Assembly: GCA_964400675.1 (NCBI GenBank)
Contig: CAYNVO010000001.1
Coordinates: 139,919-203,918 of the forward strand
Reading direction: 5' to 3'
Length of the DNA stretch: 64,000 bases
DNA from: an uncultured Dehalococcoidales bacterium
GTDB lineage: Bacteria; Chloroflexota; Dehalococcoidia; GIF9; UBA5629
This document shows positions 27,875-37,408 of this stretch, in pieces. Position 1 is the stretch's first letter; every line of letters begins with the position of its first letter. The notes under the pieces were generated by a model. It did not search any database and was not told the origin of the DNA. It worked only from the letters and a program-made list of their open reading frames with translations. The position numbers were made by a program, and so were the translations under genes.

Positions 27875-28705
27875 ATGCTAGAGGTATTACAGTATGATTT
27901 TATGAGAAATGCCTTGGCGGCTGGAGTGCTAGCGGCTGTTGCCTGCGGGATTGTCGGTGTTTATGTAGTGGTAAAGAAAATTGTCTTCATCAGTGGCGGC
28001 ATAGCCCATGCTTCGTTTGGTGGCGTAGGATTAGGTTTCTTGCTGGGCATAAACCCTGTCGTGGGGGCACTGTTCTTTACTCTTGCCTCTGCTTTAGGTA
28101 TTGGTACACTGAGCCGAAGAACAAGTTTACCCGAAGATACAGTCATAGGAGTTTTTTGGGCAGTAGGTATGGCTTTGGGTGTAATCTTCATCGGCTTAAG
28201 CCCCGGCTATGCTGTCGATTTATTTAGTTATCTCTTCGGGAATATTCTATTTGTGCCTACTTCAGACCTAGTCTTGATGCTGATATTAGATGCTGTTATA
28301 GCTTTGGTAGTTTTTCTGCTCTATAAAGAGTTCATGGCTATCTCCTTTGATGAAGAGTTTGGTATTGTAGTCGGAGTTCCTGTCGAACGTTTATATTTGA
28401 CTCTATTGTGCCTTATAGCACTAACGGTGGTGGTGTTAATAAGGGTGGTTGGCGTTATCCTAGTAATAGCTATGCTGACGATCCCGGCGGCAATGGCGAA
28501 ACAGTTTACATATAACCTCAAGAAAATGATGTTTTTTTCAGCCCTGTTAGGTATTATTTTTGTTCTTTGCGGACTATGGCTTTCTTATGAGCTTGACCTG
28601 GCATCGGGAGCTACGATTGTAATTGTCAGCGGAGTCTTTTTCTTGGTTTCCTTTGGATTTCGGAGATTAGTCAGCCGGAAACATCCCATTGCTCAACCAC
28701 CATAG
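27875..28705 (+). CDS. znuB: zinc ABC transporter permease
   Basis: 276 aa, 8-9 TM helices, ABC-3 family pattern. Confidence 0.85.
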   Translation: MLEVLQYDFMRNALAAGVLAAVACGIVGVYVVVKKIVFISGGIAHASFGGVGLGFLLGINPVVGALFFTLASALGIGTLSRRTSLPEDTVIGVFWAVGMALGVIFIGLSPGYAVDLFSYLFGNILFVPTSDLVLMLILDAVIALVVFLLYKEFMAISFDEEFGIVVGVPVERLYLTLLCLIALTVVVLIRVVGVILVIAMLTIPAAMAKQFTYNLKKMMFFSALLGIIFVLCGLWLSYELDLASGATIVIVSGVFFLVSFGFRRLVSRKHPIAQPP

Positions 28706-28774
28706 AAACTTATTTGCTTTGTTTTACTACCGAGTGGTGTGCTAACATTCTGAAATTTGTGAAATTGTATTGAT

Positions 28775-29683
28775 ATGCGTGATTTGGCGAATAAAACTGA
28801 ACAAGGCGTAAAGCGTAGCCGGGAGACTTGGTTTGGCAAAATGGCTCATCTTTTTGACCGAACCAGAGTCGGAGACGAGGTCTGGGATGAGTTAGAAGAG
28901 TTGCTCATTGCCGCGGATGTTGGGGTGGCTACCGTACAGAAGCTAATCGAAAAGGTGAAGCAACGAGTTAGAACAGAGAATCTGAGCGAAGGGATACAGG
29001 TGCGTGCAGCCTTAAAAGAGGAGATGGTGAACCTGCTGAAGGTTGCTGGTGGAGTGTCAAGTGTTTCCGGTCCGGCTGACATACAGGTCATTCTGGTAGT
29101 GGGGGTAAACGGTTCGGGCAAGACGACTAGCATTGCTAAGCTTGCCTATTGTTTCAAGAGTGAGGGTAAAAAGGTAATCCTGGCTGCTGCGGACACCTTC
29201 AGGGCTGCGGCTATCGACCAGCTTGAAAGCTGGGGTGAAAAGATTGGGGTGGAAGTTGTGGCTCATAAGCCTGGTGGCGACCCGGGTGCGGTGGTTTATG
29301 ATGCTCTTCAGGCAGCTCAAAACAGGCAGGCTCAGGTGGTCGTAATTGACACTGCCGGACGTCTTCATACCAAATTCAACCTTATGGAGGAGCTCAAGAA
29401 GATAAAGCGTGTGGCTGGTAAGTATGAGATGCCTCAGGAGGTGCTGCTGGTAATCGATGCCACTACCGGTCAGAATGGTCTGGCTCAAGCCAGGCATTTC
29501 ACTGAAGCTGTAGGGGTGAATGGAATTTTTTTGGCTAAGCTCGATGGGACTGCCAAAGGTGGGATAGTTCTGGCAGTCTGTGATGAGCTGAGGATTCCCA
29601 TCACATATATTGGGACCGGCGAGCAACTTGACGACATGGCCGCCTTCGATGCTAACATTTTTGTGGAGGCGATTTTTTCGTAA
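28775..29683 (+). CDS. ftsY: signal recognition particle receptor FtsY (short form without the acidic A domain)
   Basis: GVNGSGKTTSIAKLA, DTAGR and GDPGAVVYDA SRP-GTPase motifs. Confidence 0.9.
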   Translation: MRDLANKTEQGVKRSRETWFGKMAHLFDRTRVGDEVWDELEELLIAADVGVATVQKLIEKVKQRVRTENLSEGIQVRAALKEEMVNLLKVAGGVSSVSGPADIQVILVVGVNGSGKTTSIAKLAYCFKSEGKKVILAAADTFRAAAIDQLESWGEKIGVEVVAHKPGGDPGAVVYDALQAAQNRQAQVVVIDTAGRLHTKFNLMEELKKIKRVAGKYEMPQEVLLVIDATTGQNGLAQARHFTEAVGVNGIFLAKLDGTAKGGIVLAVCDELRIPITYIGTGEQLDDMAAFDANIFVEAIFS

Positions 29684-29703
29684 AGCGTCTAGAAGTCTTG
29701 CCT

Positions 29704-29787
29704 GTCATTCTGAGCGAAGCGAAGAATCTGGCTGAAGGCAAACTCTCTGAGAAATGCAGAGACCCTTCGCTGTCGCTCAGGGTGACA
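29704..29787. repeat. REP/MITE-like palindromic element, copy E
   Basis: gtcattctgagcgaagcgaagaatctgg ... ccttcgctgtcgctcagggtgaca, 3' of ftsY. Confidence 0.8.
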
Positions 29788-29829
29788 ATGTAAGTAAGCT
29801 ATTTTGGGACTTTAGGTAAAGGAGAAAGA

Positions 29830-30651
29830 ATGATTAATATAGACATAGCCCCGGTTGCTTTCAGTATTGGAATTTTTGAGGTGAGATGGTATGGGATTAT
29901 GGTTGTCCTGGCTATTGTGGCAGTCATTGCCATATCGTTGTTGGAAGCCAGACGCGTTGGTCTGGCTGAAGACCATATTTATAGTATGGGATTATGGGCT
30001 ATCATCGGTGGTGTTTTAGTTTCGCGATTGTTTCATGTTATTGACAAGTGGGATTATTATATGGCTAATCCCAGACAGATTATTGGTTTTGAAGGTTTGA
30101 CCGTTTACGGAGCGGTCTTGGGCGCCCTTTTGGCGGTTTTTATTTATTGCCGGGTTAAGAAGCTCTCCTTCTGGCAAGTAGGTGATGTCGTCGCTCCCGG
30201 GGCGATTCTGGGGCAGGCTATAGGCAGGATTGGCTGCACCATAAATGGTTGCTGCTATGGGTTACCTACGTCTTTGCCCTGGGGTGTGGTTTATACTAAT
30301 CCGGGCAGTTATGGGCCTGCCGAAGCTGTACAGCCTACACAGATTTATCACTTGCTCTGGAATCTCATAGGATTTGGCATACTCTGGTCGCTGCGCCGCA
30401 GGCTTAAGCCTCAGGGTTCGCTCTTTCTACTGTATCTGGCCGTTTACGCTGCTGGCGATTTGGGCATAAGATTTGTGCGAGCCGGAGACCCCTTCCTTTT
30501 CGGTATGCAGCAAGCTCAATTAATAGGGATAATAATATTGGTGGTGACAGTGCCCTGGCTTGTTATCAGGATGTGGCGTTATCGAACTAATCGACCGGTC
30601 TCATCAAATGTTGGCGAGGTCAGTGGGCCGGGTCAAAATCAAGGAGCTTGA
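29830..30651 (+). CDS. lgt: prolipoprotein diacylglyceryl transferase
   Basis: FSIGIFEVRWYGIMVVLAIVAV... and GRIGCTINGCCYG are Lgt signatures. Confidence 0.85.
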   Translation: MINIDIAPVAFSIGIFEVRWYGIMVVLAIVAVIAISLLEARRVGLAEDHIYSMGLWAIIGGVLVSRLFHVIDKWDYYMANPRQIIGFEGLTVYGAVLGALLAVFIYCRVKKLSFWQVGDVVAPGAILGQAIGRIGCTINGCCYGLPTSLPWGVVYTNPGSYGPAEAVQPTQIYHLLWNLIGFGILWSLRRRLKPQGSLFLLYLAVYAAGDLGIRFVRAGDPFLFGMQQAQLIGIIILVVTVPWLVIRMWRYRTNRPVSSNVGEVSGPGQNQGA

Positions 30652-32299
30652 GTCGGAGTCTTTGCCCACCGTTCCAGCGGTCTATATCCAGATTATAGGC
30701 TATATCCAGATAAGTTGTTATTTCTTGAGCACGGTTGCCAAAGCGGAAGCCGATGGCGTCCCAGGCTAGTCCACCCTGCTTTAGCTTCAACCCCAGATGC
30801 TCGCCCTGGCTGCCAATCGGGCGCCGGTCGACGATTTCGACATGGCGGCTGACAAAGGTGGGCAGCGGGTTGCCGGAGCCGAAGGGAGCCAGCTTTTGTA
30901 TCTCTTTGAAGGTCTCGCCGGCAAAGACCGATAAAGGCACTTCAGCATCGATGTCAATGTGAGGACGCAAATCCAGACCAGTCAGTTGAGCTTCAGCGAG
31001 GGCGAGTAAACGTTTTCGGAGCTCGGGGAGATTGTTGGTAGGCACGCTGAAGCCGGCCGCTTTGGTATGGCCACCGAAATTCGATAAAAGGTCGCGGCAG
31101 TCTTTGAAGGCAGCCATGAGGTCAAACTCGGGTATACTCCTTCCGCTGCCACGGCATAGCTCGGCACCGAATTTGAAAAGTATTACCGGGCGGTAGAACT
31201 CTTCTGAGAGCCGACCGGCAACGAGACCCATAACGCCAGCCGGGTAGTCTTCTTCGCCTGTCATCAGTAGTGGGAGGTCGGTTCCGGTGGCAATTATGCT
31301 TTTTCGGGCTCGTTCCATTAGTTCACTGGTTAGCCTTTGTCGTCTGGCGTTCTTTTCCTCAAGTTCTGAAGCCAGTGAGGCGGCCTCTTTTGGGTCTTGC
31401 GTGAGAAGCAACTGGTAACTTGTGGCAGCGTCATCAAGTCTACCGGCTGCATTGAGGCGAGGCCCCAGTATCCATGAAATACTTTCAGTATCGAGATTAC
31501 CTGGTTTTAGATTGGCACCGCGCATCATCTCTTTAAGCCCGATGCGCTCGGTGTTGTTAAGGAGTTCAAGCCCACGCTTCACCCAGTAGCGATTGTCGCC
31601 AGTCAGCGGAACCATATCGGTTACGGTGCCTAAAGCTACCAGGTCTAGCAATCCGTTCAGTAATTCTTCCCGCCCGCTGCCTTTCAGGAGCGCCTGGAGA
31701 AATTTGAAAGCGACACCTACTCCGGCAAATTCGGTGGTTTGGCAGGCGGAATCACTTCTTTTGTGGTTAACCACTGCCAGAGCTGGCGGCAGGGAGGCCA
31801 GAGGCAGATGGTGGTCTGTGACAATTACGTCCATTCCCATCTTTTGGGCTTTTTGAATTTCGGCAATGGCAGTGATGCCGGTGTCGACAGTTATGATAAG
31901 GCTGATGCCCTTTTTGCGGAGCTTTTCTATGGCAGCTACCTGCAAGCCGTAACCTTCACGGTAACGGTGTGGTATATATGGAATTACTTTGCCGCCAAGT
32001 GCTGAAAGTCCTTGAACCAGTACTGCCGTGGCGGTGATACCATCGGCGTCAAAGTCGCCGTAGATGGCGATTTCCTCGCCGGTAAGCAGAGCCTGATAAG
32101 TCCTGCTTATTGCTTGATTTATGTCAGGTAAAAGAAAGGGGTCGGCTTCCAATCGACTGTCGGCATTGAGGAAAAGCTCGACCTGGGAAAGCTCGGATAT
32201 TCCTCGATTGCAAAGCAGTTTAGCTAATAGCGGGTGAACCCCAGGTGTGTCAATTGGCGATGTGTCTGGGGTCAGTAATTTCCAGTGGGTGCGGCTCAA
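30620..32299 (-). CDS. recJ: single-stranded-DNA-specific exonuclease RecJ
   Basis: DHH motifs IYGDFDADGITATAVL, VIVTDHH and DHH-associated domain; 559 aa. Confidence 0.9.
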   Translation of the reverse strand: MSRTHWKLLTPDTSPIDTPGVHPLLAKLLCNRGISELSQVELFLNADSRLEADPFLLPDINQAISRTYQALLTGEEIAIYGDFDADGITATAVLVQGLSALGGKVIPYIPHRYREGYGLQVAAIEKLRKKGISLIITVDTGITAIAEIQKAQKMGMDVIVTDHHLPLASLPPALAVVNHKRSDSACQTTEFAGVGVAFKFLQALLKGSGREELLNGLLDLVALGTVTDMVPLTGDNRYWVKRGLELLNNTERIGLKEMMRGANLKPGNLDTESISWILGPRLNAAGRLDDAATSYQLLLTQDPKEAASLASELEEKNARRQRLTSELMERARKSIIATGTDLPLLMTGEEDYPAGVMGLVAGRLSEEFYRPVILFKFGAELCRGSGRSIPEFDLMAAFKDCRDLLSNFGGHTKAAGFSVPTNNLPELRKRLLALAEAQLTGLDLRPHIDIDAEVPLSVFAGETFKEIQKLAPFGSGNPLPTFVSRHVEIVDRRPIGSQGEHLGLKLKQGGLAWDAIGFRFGNRAQEITTYLDIAYNLDIDRWNGGQRLRLKLLDFDPAH

Positions 32300-32401
32300 G
32301 CCTTTGCCTCGGACATCCGATTGGCTGATTTATATCATAAGTTGTCACCTTCTGCAAGGTAAGCAGGCTGGTTTGACCGGGCAAGTATGCGGCAAATATA
32401 A

Positions 32402-33691
32402 TTGTCATTGAGCGTAGACATGGAAGTTAAGCTGAGAATTGCCTTTCATACCCTGGGCTGTAAGCTTAATCAAGCTGAGAGCGAATTGCTGGCTCGGCAA
32501 TTTGCCGACGCGGGTTATCAAATTGTTAGCGGTGACGGGGCTGATATTTATGCCTTAAACACCTGCACAGTTACTCACATTGCAGACCGCAAGTCACGGC
32601 ATTTGGTGAGGCTGTGGCGGAAAAGAAACCCACAAGCCTTAATTATCGCCACCGGCTGCTATGCGCAAAGAGCTCCTAAAGAGCTGGCTCAAGCCGGTGC
32701 TGGCCTTGTTGTGGGCAACGAGAGGAAGATGTGTCTTCTGGATGAGCTAAAAAATATGCTCGTCCCTGCGGCTCATTGCTTATCGGGACAGCTCGTGGCA
32801 GATGGTGTCACTCGGGTTCGCAGTTTTTTGAAGATTCAGGATGGCTGCAACGATTATTGTGCCTATTGCATTGTGCCTCATGTGCGCGGACGAGAGCATT
32901 CTTTGCCAATGGCGGAGGTGGTTAGCGAGGTGAAGACGAGAGTCGCTGCTGGTTATAAAGAGTTGGTGCTAACCGGGACTAAAATTGGCGACTATGAGCA
33001 TAACGGGGCAAATCTCAAGCGGCTGGTTGAGCAAGCTCTGGAGGTTACTAGTGTGGAACGGTTGCATCTTTCTTCTTTGCAGCCCCAGGATGTTTCTGCA
33101 GAGCTGCTCAGCTTGTGGCAAGACGCTCGCTTATGTCGGCACTTTCATCTGGCTTTGCAAAGCGGTAGTGATGCTGTGCTTCGACGGATGAAGCGACATT
33201 ATACCGTGGAGGATTATAAAAAGGCGGTGTCTTTGATTCGAAAGTCCGTGCCTGATGTAGCTATAACTACGGATATTATGGTAGGCTTTCCCGGTGAGAG
33301 CGCTGAAGAATTTGATGAGAGCTACCGCTTTTGCGAAGAAATCGATTTCGCCAATATTCATGTCTTCAGCTATTCCTCTAGACCGGGTACGCTGGCGGCG
33401 GGGATGTCAGGGCAGATTGATGATAGACTGAAGAAGGAGCGCAGTTTGCGAATGCTGGAGCTGGCTCAACTGAGTGTGCGCAAATTCTGTCAGAGGTTCC
33501 TAGGGCAGAAAATGACTGTCTTGTGGGAAAATGAGGTTAAGCCGGGCAGCGGGGTATATTCTGGGCTTAGCCATAACTATATTCGGGTTTTCACCCACAG
33601 CAATGAGCCGTTGACCAATAAGTTTTACTCGGTACGGCCGGTCCGGGTGTATGGTCAGGGGTTGTGGGGGGAGGTTACAGGTGAAGATTAG
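32402..33691 (+). CDS. mtaB: tRNA methylthiotransferase (MtaB/MiaB-like radical SAM)
   Basis: N-terminal MTTase domain FHTLGCKLNQAESE, radical SAM CNDYCAYC, and LALQSGSDAVLRRMKRHYT. Confidence 0.8.
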   Translation: MSLSVDMEVKLRIAFHTLGCKLNQAESELLARQFADAGYQIVSGDGADIYALNTCTVTHIADRKSRHLVRLWRKRNPQALIIATGCYAQRAPKELAQAGAGLVVGNERKMCLLDELKNMLVPAAHCLSGQLVADGVTRVRSFLKIQDGCNDYCAYCIVPHVRGREHSLPMAEVVSEVKTRVAAGYKELVLTGTKIGDYEHNGANLKRLVEQALEVTSVERLHLSSLQPQDVSAELLSLWQDARLCRHFHLALQSGSDAVLRRMKRHYTVEDYKKAVSLIRKSVPDVAITTDIMVGFPGESAEEFDESYRFCEEIDFANIHVFSYSSRPGTLAAGMSGQIDDRLKKERSLRMLELAQLSVRKFCQRFLGQKMTVLWENEVKPGSGVYSGLSHNYIRVFTHSNEPLTNKFYSVRPVRVYGQGLWGEVTGED

Positions 33692-33905
33692 CGTCAAGGT
33701 GGTTCCCAATTCGAAGACCGAGGAGGTTATCAAGGAAGGTGACAGGCTTCTGGTGAGGGTCAAAGAGCCTGCGAAAGAAGGCAAAGCTAATAAGGCGGTT
33801 ATCAAATTGCTGGCCGGGCATTTTGGAGTTCCTCAGAGGCAGGTAGTCATCTCAAGCGGTTTTGGAAGCAGAAACAAGGTTATCGAAGTTTTAGAAATAC
33901 GATAG
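33680..33905 (+). CDS. DUF167 (YggU-like) protein
   Basis: GTG start after ggaggttacag. ISVKVVPNSKTEEV...LLVRVKEPAKEGKANKAVIKLLA matches DUF167. Confidence 0.6.
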
Positions 33906-34011
33906 TGTGCGGGTCACTATAGTTGTGCTAGGCATTGACTGGCATGTTATACTCTTGTGGTAATGGTATTATACATAAATCTAATGCATGAGGAGAATGA
34001 ACGTGTCACGT

Positions 34012-34911
34012 ATGAGAGTTATAGTTAATCCGGCGGCTGGTGCGGGAAAAACTGCCAGGAAATGGCCGCAGATTATGGTGTTGATGAAGAGCCTGGGACT
34101 TGACTTTGAGCATGATGTTACGGAAGCTCCAGGTCATGCCATGGAGCTGGCTAAATTAGCGGTTGAGAAGGGCTATGAGATGGTGGTTTCTGTGGGTGGT
34201 GACGGGACCATACATGAGATTGTGAATGGCTTACATGAGGCTGGTGGTGGTGCTGATGTGGCAGTGGGCATCGTAAACACAGGGACGGGTGCCGATTACA
34301 TCCGTACCATCGGTGTACCTCGTCGCTATAAAGAGGCTTGCAAGTGTCTCTTAAGCAAGAACAGGCGTGTGGTGGACCTTGGCGTCGTTGAATATACAAA
34401 GGATGGGCAACGAATGAAACGGTTGTTTGTCAATTTTGCCGGTATTGGCTTCGATGCCGAAGTTGTCAAGGCAACTACCGAGAAGTTTAAGGCTCTGGGG
34501 GATATGCCTTCCTATCTGATGGGACTATTCTCTACCCTTATGTCCTACGAAAACAGAGATGTTTCTATTACAGTGGATGGCGAACATGGAGAGAGACGGA
34601 TTTGCACTGTCTTGTTGAATAACGGCAGGTATGGAGGTGGAGGCATGATGCCGGCACCTAATGCTGACCCGGGGGATGGTTTTTTTGACCTGGTGATAAT
34701 AGATGACATAACCAAACCAGACCTTATCATGTCGCTGCCGAGAATCTATAGGGGCACTCATCTGACCCACCCCAAAGTGACCTTGATGAGGGCGCGGGAG
34801 GTAGAGATAAAGCCGACACTGACATCGGCTGTTCAGGCTGATGGTGAACTGCTCGGAGAAGCACCGGCCCGTTTCAGCGTATTGCCCGGGGCACTTACCG
34901 TTATTGTCTAG
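34012..34911 (+). CDS. diacylglycerol-kinase-family lipid kinase (YegS/DagK-like)
   Basis: MRVIVNPAAGAGK...VVSVGGDGTIHEIVNGL are DAGK catalytic-domain motifs. Confidence 0.8.
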   Translation: MRVIVNPAAGAGKTARKWPQIMVLMKSLGLDFEHDVTEAPGHAMELAKLAVEKGYEMVVSVGGDGTIHEIVNGLHEAGGGADVAVGIVNTGTGADYIRTIGVPRRYKEACKCLLSKNRRVVDLGVVEYTKDGQRMKRLFVNFAGIGFDAEVVKATTEKFKALGDMPSYLMGLFSTLMSYENRDVSITVDGEHGERRICTVLLNNGRYGGGGMMPAPNADPGDGFFDLVIIDDITKPDLIMSLPRIYRGTHLTHPKVTLMRAREVEIKPTLTSAVQADGELLGEAPARFSVLPGALTVIV

Positions 34912-34972
34912 GCGGCTATTTGTGGTTTGACTTGAATCAGCAGCGCCTCTATAGCGCTAAATTTGGAGCGAG

Positions 34973-35227
34973 CTAAGCTTTTTCCAAAATCTCAGCCAGG
35001 CCGGGGGCTTCTTGAATAAGCTGGTCCAGTGAAATTTCCTCCCCTGTGATGTCGAAGGCTTTCTTTGTCGATAGCGAAGTCACTACTACGCTTACAGGTT
35101 TTTTGACGCCAGAGAAGAAGATACCACCACAGCTGGGCTGGCAGTTAAATGATAATTTAACCACCGGCATTACAGTTGTTCCGGCTATTGCAACAGGGTC
35201 GCCGACTATTACTCTTTCCGTTTCCAT
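34973..35227 (-). CDS. GerW/YtfJ-family protein (paralog)
   Basis: 84 aa; VGDPVAIAGTTVMPVVKLSFNCQPSCGG resembles the YtfJ core. Confidence 0.55.
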   Translation of the reverse strand: METERVIVGDPVAIAGTTVMPVVKLSFNCQPSCGGIFFSGVKKPVSVVVTSLSTKKAFDITGEEISLDQLIQEAPGLAEILEKA

Positions 35228-35814
35228 TTAGAAAAAACCAATTTTTTAATAGCTCGCAATGTGGGCAATGAGAAGGCGAATCCAATCAGAGGTGCAGCCA
35301 GTTGGATAGGCCTGACCCTTACCGTTCCGTGAAGATATCCTTCGATGATAGCCTCGCCGGTAAATGAAGGCTCCAGTCTTATGCGGTGAGGTGAGAAGTA
35401 GCTCAGAAGTAGATTAAGTGGTGCTAAAAAGGCAAAGAGCAGACCTATATCAGCCGGATTTTCAAGTCCTATTTTGAAGTCTGCTGTGAGTTCCTTGACC
35501 TTAATGCGCCTGAGAGTTCTTTTCGTAAAGCTGATGAGTTGTCTTAAGAAGCCTTTGATTCGCAGGGTTTCTGATGTAGCTCTTATACCCCGTATCCAAT
35601 CCTGACGCTTCTGTTTATGTTCAATCGCCGTCTTTTCTTCAGGCTCTTTTTTTGTTTGTCTCAGTTCCTTACTAACTAACCCGAAAAGCCACACTAATCT
35701 GATGCTGAATTTGGGCTTTCCATATACGCTTGTACGGAAAACCAGGTCAAGCGACACACAGAGGAGAAGAGTGATGAGTATCGCCAGGCTAGCTAGAACA
35801 GCGATGGCCCACAA
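35209..35814 (-). CDS. DUF2953 (YtfI-like) membrane protein
   Basis: 201 aa; N-terminal TM helix; sits between two YtfJ-like genes, as in the Bacillus ytfI-ytfJ arrangement. Confidence 0.5.
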   Translation of the reverse strand: MWAIAVLASLAILITLLLCVSLDLVFRTSVYGKPKFSIRLVWLFGLVSKELRQTKKEPEEKTAIEHKQKRQDWIRGIRATSETLRIKGFLRQLISFTKRTLRRIKVKELTADFKIGLENPADIGLLFAFLAPLNLLLSYFSPHRIRLEPSFTGEAIIEGYLHGTVRVRPIQLAAPLIGFAFSLPTLRAIKKLVFSKWKRKE

Positions 35815-36198
35815 CTATTTTCCCCCGTCCTTTTTGCGTTCTCCCCATCTCTCGGTGAGTTTTGCTGCGATGTCGGGTATGGTTTCGCTCAGTTTCTCTA
35901 TGGCTGTTGCCATACCTCCCTTGATTGGCTCTATGCGGACGCCGTCCTTATCGATGACTATGATAGCTATAGGTCTTACCCCGGCACCGCCGCCGCTGCC
36001 ACTGCCTCCACCTTCAGTTGCCTCTTTGGACTCTCCTTTACCTGAGCCACCCCCGGCGGCAAAACCGAAGCCAACGCTCATCAAGGGAATTAAGGTTGTG
36101 CCTGCGACAGTTATGGGTTCACCGACAACGGTCTTAGCGTCGAGAACTTTCTCGATTTCTCCGAGTGTTGTCTTGACCAGTTTCTCAATATCGTCCAT
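35815..36198 (-). CDS. GerW/YtfJ-family protein
   Basis: 127 aa; VVGEPITVAGTTLIPLMSVGFGFAAGGGSG...GAGVRPIAIIVIDKDGVR is the GerW/YtfJ signature. Confidence 0.7.
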   Translation of the reverse strand: MDDIEKLVKTTLGEIEKVLDAKTVVGEPITVAGTTLIPLMSVGFGFAAGGGSGKGESKEATEGGGSGSGGGAGVRPIAIIVIDKDGVRIEPIKGGMATAIEKLSETIPDIAAKLTERWGERKKDGGK

Positions 36199-36302
36199 AA
36201 TTCAAAGCTCCTCCCAAGCTTGTTCTCTCTGCAGTACAAGACATTATATCATGGTCTGGAGATATGCCTGAAAGTGCAGATTATCGACATGTTAGAATAG
36301 AT

Positions 36303-36947
36303 TCAGGCCTCCGGTTGGCTATCGGCCTCCGATTCTTTTGCTGCGGTGTGGTCGCGAAGCCAGCGGCGAATTTCATCGAGTGCCGGTGGTGCCACGCTGA
36401 ATACCTCGATGTCCTGGGGGAATTGCACCGCATGCCCTTCCCTGATGAACAGTATAGCCGTTTCATCAGCTTTGAGCATTTCGTCTATCTTTTTGCTGAT
36501 CTGTTCGTATCTTCTCCTGGAGGCTTCGATGTAAAATTCAGACACTTTCCTGGCCACTTTATCGCTCAGAAATCCGATGAATAAGCACCTCTCCCAGTCG
36601 ATGGTTTCCTCAGCTAGCTCTTTGTCTTCTATTACCTCAAGTTTAGCGCCGCCCTGGCACTTTTGCCTGGCGATCTGGCAGCTCTCCGGATTCAGCTTCT
36701 CCATAATCTTAAGTCCGTCATCGCCACCCAAGCTGATTGATTCATGGTATACCTGGCTAATAGTGCCTATTTTGGCTTCTAGGTTAGCTAAATGCTCTGC
36801 CACCTGCTTCCAGTAGAGTTCGTATTTCTCTGTGTAATCAGGAGGCGCGTCTTTGTATGAGTATATCAATGGAACGAGGAGAAGTTTCCTCCCGCTTTTA
36901 AAGCTATTTGCCTCTGGTTTGTTTATTTTGCCTAGCTCCTGTGCCAT
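36303..36947 (-). CDS. hypothetical protein
   Basis: 214-aa ORF with a plausible RBS; no recognisable motif. Confidence 0.4.
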   Translation of the reverse strand: MAQELGKINKPEANSFKSGRKLLLVPLIYSYKDAPPDYTEKYELYWKQVAEHLANLEAKIGTISQVYHESISLGGDDGLKIMEKLNPESCQIARQKCQGGAKLEVIEDKELAEETIDWERCLFIGFLSDKVARKVSEFYIEASRRRYEQISKKIDEMLKADETAILFIREGHAVQFPQDIEVFSVAPPALDEIRRWLRDHTAAKESEADSQPEA

Positions 36948-37060
36948 GATTACTTTCCTCTCTTCTAGTTTACCACAAGGTTACCTTTCTAAGAAATGCA
37001 GGCAAGTCAGGGGTGTATAATCGGGTGGTGTGAAAGATGCCGGTATGAATAGATAGATAG

Positions 37061-37134
37061 CGCGCCTAGAGGGATTCGAACCCACGACCCCCGGTTCCGA
37101 AGACCGGTGCTCTTGTCCGCTGAGCTATAGGCGC
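37061..37134 (-). tRNA. tRNA-Arg (anticodon TCG)
   Basis: Reverse complement GCGCCTATAGCTCAGCGGACAAGAGCACCGGTCTTCGGAACCGGGGGTCGTGGGTTCGAATCCCTCTAGGCGCG folds as a cloverleaf: 7-bp acceptor, T-loop GGTTCGAATCC, anticodon loop CTTCGGA. Confidence 0.8.
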
Positions 37135-37175
37135 AATTAGAGCCGCAAGGGCACGGTTTTTAAAGCTCTTAGTTT

Positions 37176-37253
37176 TGGGGTGAGCGGAGGGATTCGAACC
37201 CTCGTTCTTCAGGGCCACAACCTGACGCCTTAAACCACTCGGCTACGCTCACC
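37176..37253 (-). tRNA. tRNA-His (anticodon GTG) with encoded G-1 and CCA
   Basis: Reverse complement G-GTGAGCGTAGCCGAGTGGTTTAAGGCGTCAGGTTGTGGCCCTGAAGAACGAGGGTTCGAATCCCTCCGCTCACCCCA; anticodon loop TTGTGGC. Confidence 0.8.
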
Positions 37254-37408
37254 ATGGGTCACAGTTAATCATTATAACTGAGCAGGTATTTCTATTCAAT
37301 TAAGTTTTAAATTTAGCTTAAAAGGTGGATAGAAGGCTGAATTTCTATTGACAATAGGCGATAACAGGGTTAAAATTCGCCACCAACGGGAGCAAGAAAC
37401 GATTATCT

